A stretch of DNA of 64,000 nt from Candidatus Babeliales bacterium (GTDB lineage: Bacteria > Babelota > Babeliae > Babelales > JBFXEV01), in the NCBI GenBank assembly GCA_050179755.1, contig JBFXEV010000001.1, positions 1,461,296 through 1,525,295 of the forward strand. Direction: 5' to 3'. The notes under the pieces were generated by a model. It did not search any database and was not told where the DNA came from. It was given only the letters and a program-made list of their open reading frames with translations. Of this stretch, positions 56,337 to 64,000 are shown one piece after another; position 1 is the first letter of the stretch; each line of letters opens with the position of its first letter. A program made the position numbers and the translations under genes.

Positions 56337-58580
56337 ATGAAAAAACTACTAATTGTTGAGTCTCCCGCCAAAATTAAAACTATTGGTAAATTCCTGGGTA
56401 AGGATTTTACGATAATGTCTACTGTTGGGCATATCAAGGACTTACCGCCCAAAAAAATTGGCGTTGAATTTGAAGATGGCCAAATCATCATTGATTATGT
56501 AGTGATGGATAAAAAGGCCAAAGTTATTGCCGATATTTGTAAAGTTGCTTCTGGTACTGACGAAGTATATCTTGCACCCGATCCTGACCGTGAGGGAGAA
56601 ATTATTGCCTGGCACATTGGCGAGGAAATCAAAAAAGTTCTTAAAAAAGGTGGTTTAATTAAACGTATAACCTTTAATGAAATCACCAAACCTGCCATTT
56701 TAGAAGCAATTGAAAACCCTTCAACAGTAGATATGCAAAAGGTGCACGCTCAACAAGCACGCAGAGTTCTTGATCGTTGGGTGGGATATGAAGTCTCGCC
56801 AATTCTCTGGAGAAAAATATCAAAAGGTCTTTCTGCAGGCCGCGTGCAATCTGTTGCATTACGTCTAATTGTGGATCGCGAGAGTGCTATAAAAAATTTT
56901 AAACCCGAAGAATCTTGGACCATTGATGGCCTTTTTGCCAAAAATCCCAAAACAAAAGTAACTGCTGTTCTTTCCCACATTGGCAAGAAGAAAGCTGAAT
57001 TAAAAAACAAAGATGAAGCTGATGCTGTGGTAAAAGAACTCAATAGAGTTTCTTATAGCATTGATTCAATTACCGATAAAGAACGCAAAAAAAGTGCTAA
57101 CCCACCTTTTATGACAAGCACTTTGCAACAAGCTGCCTATAATAGTCTTGGATTTTCAGTCAAGAAAACTATGCAAGTAGCACAAAATCTTTATGAAGGT
57201 GTGCCACTTGAAAATGAACAAAGTCCCGTAGCATTAATTACGTATATGCGTACGGATTCATTGCGTATTTCTGACTCAGCACTCGCGCAATCACGTGACT
57301 ATATTAGCAAAAATTTTGGCAAAGATTACTTGCCAAGCAAAGCAAATATCTATGCTGCCAAAGAAAAAGGTCAAGATGCCCACGAAGCAATACGGCCCAT
57401 TGATGTAACCATAACGCCTGACTATGTTAAAAAGTTTGTTGGCCGCGATCAAGCAAGATTATATGAACTTATTTGGAAACGGTTTGTGGCGTGCCAAATG
57501 ACCCCTGCCATTTATGCTCAACGCCAAGTAGTTATCATTGGTGGCCAATACACGTTCAAAGTAACCGGATCAACACTTATATTTGACGGTTTTTTAAAAC
57601 TGTATAAAGCAGATGACGATACCGACGAACAAACGGTAGTAATACCACTAGAGCTTGCACCAAAAGATTTACTTACACTTGAAAAAATTGAGCCTAAGCA
57701 ACATTTCACCCAACCACCGCCGCGTTATACTGAAGCTTCTTTGGTCAAAGAGATGAAAGAAGAAGGCATTGGTAGACCAAGTACCTATGCCACTATTCTT
57801 GAAACCATTCGCGGCCGCGCATACACTGAACTTGATGCAAAGAAACGATTTGTGCCTACTGAATTGGGTGTAACTGTAGTAAAAATGCTTACAGACAATT
57901 TACCTCATATTATGGATGTTAAATTTACCGCACTCATGGAAGAGGATCTTGATAAAATTGCTGCGGGAGCGCTTGACCGTGATAAGTTGCTCCATGAATT
58001 TTATGATCAATTTAGCAAGGATTTAGACACATTCCGTGGCAAAGATATCAAAAAAATAACTGAAGAAACTACTATTACGTGCCCTGAATGTGGCAAGGCA
58101 AAATTAGTTATACGCTTTGGCAAATCTGGTCACTTTGTTGGATGCCCTAATTACCCAGAATGTAAATTTACGAGTAACTTTAAACGACTTGAAGATGGGA
58201 GTATTGAATTGGTTAAAACTCAAGAACCTGAATTACTTACAGAAAAATGCCCTAAGTGCGGCAAACAATTGCGCCAAGTAATTGGCAGATTTGGCCCATT
58301 CACTGCATGCTCAGGGTATCCTGAATGTAAATATATTCATCAAGATATTGCAAAGTTCCCCTGCCCAAATGACGGCGGTCAATTATCCAAAAAGAACTGG
58401 AAAGGCAGCATCTTCTGGGGATGTTCTAATTATCCTAAATGTAAATTCACTATTTCCGGTGACATAGAAGAAACTGCGTGCCCTAAATGTAAATCACCCT
58501 ATTTGCTTAAACGCGTAAACAAAGAAACTGGTGATGTTACCGTAACATGTCCTAATAAAGACTGCGGTTATACAAAGTAG
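56337..58580 (+). CDS. topA: DNA topoisomerase I
   Basis: IVESPAK, DPDREGE, SAGRVQS, ITYMRTD, GIGRPSTY, C-terminal zinc ribbons. Confidence 0.97.
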   Translation: MKKLLIVESPAKIKTIGKFLGKDFTIMSTVGHIKDLPPKKIGVEFEDGQIIIDYVVMDKKAKVIADICKVASGTDEVYLAPDPDREGEIIAWHIGEEIKKVLKKGGLIKRITFNEITKPAILEAIENPSTVDMQKVHAQQARRVLDRWVGYEVSPILWRKISKGLSAGRVQSVALRLIVDRESAIKNFKPEESWTIDGLFAKNPKTKVTAVLSHIGKKKAELKNKDEADAVVKELNRVSYSIDSITDKERKKSANPPFMTSTLQQAAYNSLGFSVKKTMQVAQNLYEGVPLENEQSPVALITYMRTDSLRISDSALAQSRDYISKNFGKDYLPSKANIYAAKEKGQDAHEAIRPIDVTITPDYVKKFVGRDQARLYELIWKRFVACQMTPAIYAQRQVVIIGGQYTFKVTGSTLIFDGFLKLYKADDDTDEQTVVIPLELAPKDLLTLEKIEPKQHFTQPPPRYTEASLVKEMKEEGIGRPSTYATILETIRGRAYTELDAKKRFVPTELGVTVVKMLTDNLPHIMDVKFTALMEEDLDKIAAGALDRDKLLHEFYDQFSKDLDTFRGKDIKKITEETTITCPECGKAKLVIRFGKSGHFVGCPNYPECKFTSNFKRLEDGSIELVKTQEPELLTEKCPKCGKQLRQVIGRFGPFTACSGYPECKYIHQDIAKFPCPNDGGQLSKKNWKGSIFWGCSNYPKCKFTISGDIEETACPKCKSPYLLKRVNKETGDVTVTCPNKDCGYTK

Positions 58581-58586
58581 TTGTGC

Positions 58587-59219
58587 ATGAATGCAAAAAT
58601 TAGCAAAGAATACATAGCATCATTATTGCCAAACAATCCCATTGTATTAGAAGCAGGTGCTCGTTTTGGTAAAGATACCAAACGCATGAGCTTATTATGG
58701 CCACAAGGTCATATACACACCTTTGAACCGGTACCTGCATTGTACAAACAACTTTTTGAGCTTTCACAAACTTTGCCAAATGTAACGTGCTATAATATGG
58801 CGCTAGCAGACAAAATAGGCACCCTGGAATTGCATGTCAGTAGCGGGCAATCAGATGCATGCAGCTCATTACTTGCGCCACATCTGTGCCTTGAAGAACG
58901 GCCACTCATTACATTTCATGAAACTATCATGGTGCCTGTTACTACCATTGATGCATGGGCTGCTCACTATAACGTTGCAAAGTTAGATTTTTTATGGCTC
59001 GATTTACAAGGGGCTGAGCTTCTTGCACTCAAAGGTGCCGAACACATGCTGAACACTGTTCAAGTTATTCAAGTAGAAGTAAACAGAACTGAACGATATA
59101 AGCATGCACCGCTCTATGATGATATAATCACATTCCTCAATGCACGCGGCTTTAAACTCAACCAAGAAGCTTTTCATCATGAAACCTGGGGCGATGCCCT
59201 CTTTATCCGCGCATCCTAA
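58587..59219 (+). CDS. FkbM-family methyltransferase
   Basis: LEAGARFG, FEP, LWLDLQGAEL, WGDALF. Confidence 0.85.
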   Translation: MNAKISKEYIASLLPNNPIVLEAGARFGKDTKRMSLLWPQGHIHTFEPVPALYKQLFELSQTLPNVTCYNMALADKIGTLELHVSSGQSDACSSLLAPHLCLEERPLITFHETIMVPVTTIDAWAAHYNVAKLDFLWLDLQGAELLALKGAEHMLNTVQVIQVEVNRTERYKHAPLYDDIITFLNARGFKLNQEAFHHETWGDALFIRAS

Positions 59220-59547
59220 GAACAGGCCCTAAAACTCTATAGAGTTGATCAAACTGTATAAGTGCTTTTTCAAGTTCTGCAATCTTTGCGTGAGCTTCTT
59301 TAAGCGGACCTTCATAAGGATTGGGTCTCATTGCATCTAAATAAGAATTAATTGCAATATAACTAAGCGCAGCACCAAGAGCAAACAAGCACACTGCATG
59401 TTCACGTACATAAGCTTTTATACGTGTAGTAAGTCCCCGGGAGGGAACGGCATTAAGACGCGTTAAATTTTCTTCTGTATATTCACAGCGAACTGCTAGC
59501 ATATTAAGCATAAGTGCGCTACAAACTATTAATTTTACAAATTTCAT
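59203..59547 (-). CDS. Hypothetical exported/membrane protein
   Basis: Signal-like N-terminus, one TM segment, short coiled coil; AAGGA RBS. Confidence 0.6.
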   Translation of the reverse strand: MKFVKLIVCSALMLNMLAVRCEYTEENLTRLNAVPSRGLTTRIKAYVREHAVCLFALGAALSYIAINSYLDAMRPNPYEGPLKEAHAKIAELEKALIQFDQLYRVLGPVLRMRG

Positions 59548-59681
59548 GGCATTCCTTTTTGGTTAGTATCCTTTTTACAAGATACCCTAATGGAATAACC
59601 GATAACAATGATTCCAACTAACTTATCGCCAGCGTATATTTAAACGCATTATCTACAATGCCACATACATGAAAAAAGAAG

Positions 59682-60293
59682 TTATAAAGTGAAAGCCTGA
59701 ATACGTTTCAATAGTTTAACACAATCGCCTTTTAAGCCTGTCAGAATATGTTCATACGGTTTGAACATTTCCTTTGTTTGAGGAGCACGTTCAATTCGCC
59801 CTATAATCTGATCAGCAATAAGAGTATCTAAGTAAAGCATTTCATAAAGTTGTATCTCTGCAGCCAGTAAACGAAGCTCTTGCTGTGAAAGACGCTCTAA
59901 ATTACCTGGTTTAGTTACAAAATCAATTTGTTTACCCAGGATCTTATAATATATACTTAAAGAATAGCTCATCTCTTTGCAAAGCTCTTCGTTAGTAAGC
60001 GCGTTAAGTTTTGCATCAAAGCTTGCCTCACGAAGATCGGCCTCGTCCTTAGACTCTTTAATCCGAGTTTCATACAGCTGCATAAACTGCTTAATAAGCT
60101 TCTCCTTATGTTCAGGGGATTCTGCAAGAGGCGCACAGGTGTACTCAGCAAGGACCTGCATCCTTCGCAACTCTTCCTCATCTTTTTTAGGAATAGGTGC
60201 ATTTTGATAAGAAATGCCAACGGTAGTGATAACCCCTAGTAGTAGAGCCACTATAAGAATATATTTAGTAATTTGAACTTTGGTAAAAGACAT
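59682..60293 (-). CDS. Hypothetical protein with N-terminal TM
   Basis: 203-aa ORF, hydrophobic N-terminus, helical body. Confidence 0.62.
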   Translation of the reverse strand: MSFTKVQITKYILIVALLLGVITTVGISYQNAPIPKKDEEELRRMQVLAEYTCAPLAESPEHKEKLIKQFMQLYETRIKESKDEADLREASFDAKLNALTNEELCKEMSYSLSIYYKILGKQIDFVTKPGNLERLSQQELRLLAAEIQLYEMLYLDTLIADQIIGRIERAPQTKEMFKPYEHILTGLKGDCVKLLKRIQAFTL

Positions 60294-60443
60294 GTATTCC
60301 CTTAGCTTTAATATCGCAATAAATAAATAAACATATTTTTATTTTATTTATTTATTGCAGCAAGTCAATTACGCCAATCAAAACATACTCTATTAAGTGG
60401 CCAAACCCCCAAGCATGATTACTAATAGAATTAAAAATGCATC

Positions 60444-62399
60444 TTATTGCAAACGCGTTCCATTTGCTACATGACCATTTACCATCACCGGAGATGGCTT
60501 GCCTTGATCACTTTTGCCAACAAGCATCATGCCGTGAGACTCCAGGCCCATAAGCGTACGCGGTTTAAGATTAACTACAAACACGCACTGCTTGCCAAGC
60601 AATTCAGCAGCAGTCAAATGCGGCCTAATACCTGCCAAAATCTGGCGCTTGCCAAGAGGTCCAAAATCAACTTGCAACTGTGCAAGCTTATCCGACTTAG
60701 GCACTTCTTGATAGTCAGTAATGGTGCCTACCATTAAATGTACTTTTACCACGTCTTCAATTGAGATAACATCTGCTTGTGCAACAAGTTCATTCAGAGG
60801 TTGCACAAAATTTGGTTTTTCTTCTTGCATGCCTTGTTTTCGTGCTTCAGGTTTAATAAATAGCGGTGGCGTATCGTGCAATATATACTCTTTATCCCAT
60901 TGATCTTCACTAAGAGGTGTGATCATATCTTTGCGCTCGATCGTATAGCCAAGTGCAGCAAGCAGATACCCCATCTTCTCAGGCATCACCGGCCAAGCAA
61001 GTATGCCCACCGTATGCAAACTATGGCACACTGCCGAAATGATTTCTTGAAACGCTTCTTTATCTTTTACTACAACTTTCCATGGTTCTTGCGCATGAAA
61101 ATAAGCATTCACTTGATTAATGAATCGCCACAAATGACTCAGAGCTACATGATACATATACTCATTCATAGCTTTACTATACGATTCAATTTCGTGAATA
61201 CATTGCGCACGTAATGCTTGTGCGGCTGATGACCATTGAGCAGGAGGATGCACTTCCTTTAAATTGTGTTTTTGCGCTAATAGCAACATACGATTAAGTA
61301 AATTCCCCAGATCATTTGCAAGCTCACTGGTGATTTTTTGCTCTAAATCGTCAATAGTGAATGATGAATCTTGAGTGATTGCCATATGGCGCGTTAAATA
61401 AAAGCGAACCGCATCCGCCCCATATTGTGTACACAAGGCTTCAGGGTCTGCAACGTTGCCCAATGATTTAGACATTTTTTTATCGCCCATTAATATCCAA
61501 CCATGTACAAGTAATTTTTTAGGTAATGGCAACCCAGATGCCATTAAAAACGCTGGCCAGTATACTGCGTGAAAGCGCACAATGTCTTTACCCATCACGT
61601 GCAAATCTGCAGGCCACCATTCTTTAAATTCTTTTTCACGACCTTCTTGGCCATAGCCAACTGCCGTTATATAATTATTAAGCGCATCAGCCCACACGTA
61701 GGTCACGTGCTTATCATCACCGGGGAAAGGAATACCCCACGTTATAGTAGTGCGAGACATGCTCAGATCTTTAAGGCCGCCTTCCACAAAGCGAAGCACT
61801 TCCTGCAATTTTTCACGCGGTGTTATGAAATTGGGATTTTCTTTATAAAATTGTAATAATTTATCCTGATATGCTGATAACTTAAAAAAATACGTTTCTT
61901 CAGCAAGCATAATGGTAGGCCGTTCACATGAAGGGCACAACGGAACTTGTAACCCATTCTTTAATTGATCTTGCACTTCTTTATCGGTCAAAAACGTTTC
62001 ACACGGCGTGCAATACCACCCATGATAACTACCTTTATAAATATCACCCTTCTTAATAAGATCTTGTAACCATTTTTGCACAGCTTTTACATGAAACTGG
62101 TCAGTGGTCCTTATAAATTGATCATAGGCAATATGATATTCACGCCAAATCTTTTTATAGTCATCTATAAAGCTATCTACAAATACTTTGGGGTCTTTAC
62201 CTGCACGCTCGGCAGCTTGCGCTATTTTTTGCCCATGTTCATCGGTACCCGTTAAAAAATAGGTATTCATACCTTTGAGTTTTTGCCAGCGAGCTGCAAC
62301 GTCTGCAAGGACCATTGAATAAAGGGAGCCTACATGAGGTTTTGCGGTGACATAATAAATAGGAGTTGTAACGTAATAGCTATTTTTTGGGCGTACCAT
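60444..62399 (-). CDS. metG: Methionine--tRNA ligase
   Basis: YYVTTPIYY...PHVG, GTDEHGQK, YVWADAL, KMSKS, C-terminal tRNA-binding domain. Confidence 0.97.
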   Translation of the reverse strand: MVRPKNSYYVTTPIYYVTAKPHVGSLYSMVLADVAARWQKLKGMNTYFLTGTDEHGQKIAQAAERAGKDPKVFVDSFIDDYKKIWREYHIAYDQFIRTTDQFHVKAVQKWLQDLIKKGDIYKGSYHGWYCTPCETFLTDKEVQDQLKNGLQVPLCPSCERPTIMLAEETYFFKLSAYQDKLLQFYKENPNFITPREKLQEVLRFVEGGLKDLSMSRTTITWGIPFPGDDKHVTYVWADALNNYITAVGYGQEGREKEFKEWWPADLHVMGKDIVRFHAVYWPAFLMASGLPLPKKLLVHGWILMGDKKMSKSLGNVADPEALCTQYGADAVRFYLTRHMAITQDSSFTIDDLEQKITSELANDLGNLLNRMLLLAQKHNLKEVHPPAQWSSAAQALRAQCIHEIESYSKAMNEYMYHVALSHLWRFINQVNAYFHAQEPWKVVVKDKEAFQEIISAVCHSLHTVGILAWPVMPEKMGYLLAALGYTIERKDMITPLSEDQWDKEYILHDTPPLFIKPEARKQGMQEEKPNFVQPLNELVAQADVISIEDVVKVHLMVGTITDYQEVPKSDKLAQLQVDFGPLGKRQILAGIRPHLTAAELLGKQCVFVVNLKPRTLMGLESHGMMLVGKSDQGKPSPVMVNGHVANGTRLQ

Positions 62400-62543
62400 A
62401 CGAGGGTGATCCTTGGAATAAATTAACTTTAATTTGTATGTTTAGTATATATGATGAGAGGGGTTTTTCCAAAAAGTTAATATCTACGTTCTAATTTTAT
62501 ATCTATTTACAAGCCAGACATTCATTTTATCATCGTCATTTTT

Positions 62544-62612
62544 GAGGCGCTGCCCTTTTGAATCAAATGGTTTTTGGCAAAAAAAGCATTTGCCCTGCGC
62601 GGGCAGCGCCTC
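62544..62612. repeat. GC-rich intergenic inverted repeat
   Basis: GAGGCGCTGCCC/GGGCAGCGCCTC perfect 12-bp stem enclosing CAAATGGTTTTT...AAAAAGCATTTG. Confidence 0.65.
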
Positions 62613-62679
62613 GTTATATTAAATGAAAAATTGAGTGTACGGCTTGTAAACAATAATAATTAAAAAATCAACATATAAC

Positions 62680-64000
62680 TTAAGGGCAACCGCAGGATGT
62701 TCTACAGAAAATCCTGCTCAAAATCTCAAGCAACTCATCAAATCTTCTATTAATAAGCTGCTCAACCGCCTTGATCTCACAAAATACGGTACTTATTCCA
62801 TCAGAAGCATTTCTAAATGTAGGGCAATTAGGGCAATCTACCACACAAGTACCCGTAATTGAACAAAGCTCGCACGTATTATTGCAAATTGCGCAATCAC
62901 TAAAGCACCCCAAACTACAACGTATTGCACTCAATGATTGCAAGATTTCATTACAACAACCAATGCCCCCACCAGAGCCAGTACAAATATTTTCTATGAG
63001 ACTCCAGGTAAATTCAAAGTTACTTTGCGTTATTGCACAGCATGTAGTAAGCGTATTATTAAGATCTTCTAATAAACTAAAGGTCCGTATAAAATTACTT
63101 TGAGTATTAAGGCAGCACGCATCTATCTTAGACCACGTAATTGCAAAGTCACGACTTAACGTATCAAGTATTTCATCGCAACAGAATGCACCAGAACCAG
63201 TACAAATACGTTCTATCAAACTCCAGGTAAATTCAAAATTACTTTGTGTTTGCGCACAACAGGTTGTTAACGTGTTATTAAGATCTTCGAGCAAACTAAA
63301 CGTATATATAAAGTTACTTTGCGTTGAAAGGCAACATGCATCTATCTTAGACCACGTTATTGCAAAATCACGACTTAACGTATCAAGTATTTCATCACAA
63401 CAAAAAGCGCCTGAACCAGTACATATTCTTTCAATTAAACTCCAAGTAAATTCAAAATTACTTTGTGTCTGTGCACAGCAGCTAGTCAAGGTGTTATTAA
63501 GATCAATAATTAAGCTAAATGTTTGACTAAAGTCACGACTGAGCGTATTTAATATTTCATTACAGCAAAATCCTACTGAACCGGTGGCTAAATTCTCTAT
63601 CAAGCTCCAGGTGAATTCAAAATTACTTTGCGTTTGCGCACAACAAGTAGTTAATGTGTTGTTAAGATCAATAATTAAGCTAAATGTTTGACTAAAGTCA
63701 CGACTGAGCGTATTTAATATTTCATTACAGCAAAATCCTATCGAACCGGTGGCTAAATTCTCTATCAAGCTCCAGGTGAATTCAAAATTACTTTGTGTTT
63801 GCGCACAACAAGTAGTTAATGTATTGTTAAGATCATCTATTAAGCTAAATGTTTGACTAAAGTCACGACTGAGCGTATTTAATATTTCATTACAGCAAAA
63901 TCCTACTGAACCGGTGGCTAAATTCTCTATCAAGCTCCAGGTGAATTCAAAATTACTTTGTGTTTGCGCACAACAAGTAGTTAATGTATTGTTAAGATCA
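62680..64000 (-). CDS. Partial Cys-Cys tandem-repeat protein (start beyond right edge)
   Basis: Frame open to the window end; 55-aa/165-bp repeats DLNNTLTTCCAQTQSNFEFTWSLIENLATGSVGFCCNEILNTLSRDFSQTFSLII; Cys-rich C-terminus. Confidence 0.8.
   Translation of the reverse strand, partial: DLNNTLTTCCAQTQSNFEFTWSLIENLATGSVGFCCNEILNTLSRDFSQTFSLIDDLNNTLTTCCAQTQSNFEFTWSLIENLATGSIGFCCNEILNTLSRDFSQTFSLIIDLNNTLTTCCAQTQSNFEFTWSLIENLATGSVGFCCNEILNTLSRDFSQTFSLIIDLNNTLTSCCAQTQSNFEFTWSLIERICTGSGAFCCDEILDTLSRDFAITWSKIDACCLSTQSNFIYTFSLLEDLNNTLTTCCAQTQSNFEFTWSLIERICTGSGAFCCDEILDTLSRDFAITWSKIDACCLNTQSNFIRTFSLLEDLNNTLTTCCAITQSNFEFTWSLIENICTGSGGGIGCCNEILQSLSAIRCSLGCFSDCAICNNTCELCSITGTCVVDCPNCPTFRNASDGISTVFCEIKAVEQLINRRFDELLEILSRIFCRTSCGCP

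Noticed and set aside
62400..62680. T-box or SAM riboswitch for metG
   Set aside because: No recognisable T-box or SAM-I consensus by eye.
1230..63526. Numerous short (60-130 aa) ORFs overlapping longer genes
   Set aside because: They are antisense or alternative-frame shadows of well-supported CDSs and have no recognisable motifs.
62990..64000. Regular repeats as a CRISPR array
   Set aside because: The units are contiguous, in-frame coding repeats with synonymous variation; there are no unique spacers and no cas genes.

Overview
An AT-rich bacterial chromosome segment, gene-dense and mostly on the minus strand. Its content (many signal-peptide orphans, giant Sel1/TPR-like proteins, a Bat/VWA cluster, a reduced housekeeping set) resembles an intracellular parasite of protists, most like Candidatus Dependentiae/Babeliae (TM6); this assignment is inference only. 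Recognisable genes: nurA-like nuclease, sufU, sufC-sufB-sufD and sufS, an EamA transporter, an ABC-2 exporter, three TVP38/DedA proteins with a flavin disulfide reductase, a split PilB/GspE, a FUN14-like protein, HU, umuDC, a TrxB-like protein, tRNA-Leu(TAA), tRNA-Cys(GCA), a rhodanese, lepB, an M23 peptidase, batABCDE, plsC, topA, an FkbM methyltransferase and metG. The most notable observations are: (1) a secreted polymorphic-toxin-like gene followed by three paralogous immunity-like genes and an orphan toxin fragment; (2) three giant secreted helical-repeat proteins interleaved in the suf operon with tight junctions; (3) a recurrent [AG]|M-[DE] motif at the predicted signal-peptide cleavage site of ten orphan proteins; (4) nested palindromic repeats inserted in frame in two genes, with relatives between genes and at tRNA 3' ends; (5) a Cys-Cys tandem-repeat protein running off the right edge. 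No CRISPR array, rRNA, transposase or integrase was seen. All calls are by eye; no database searches were run.
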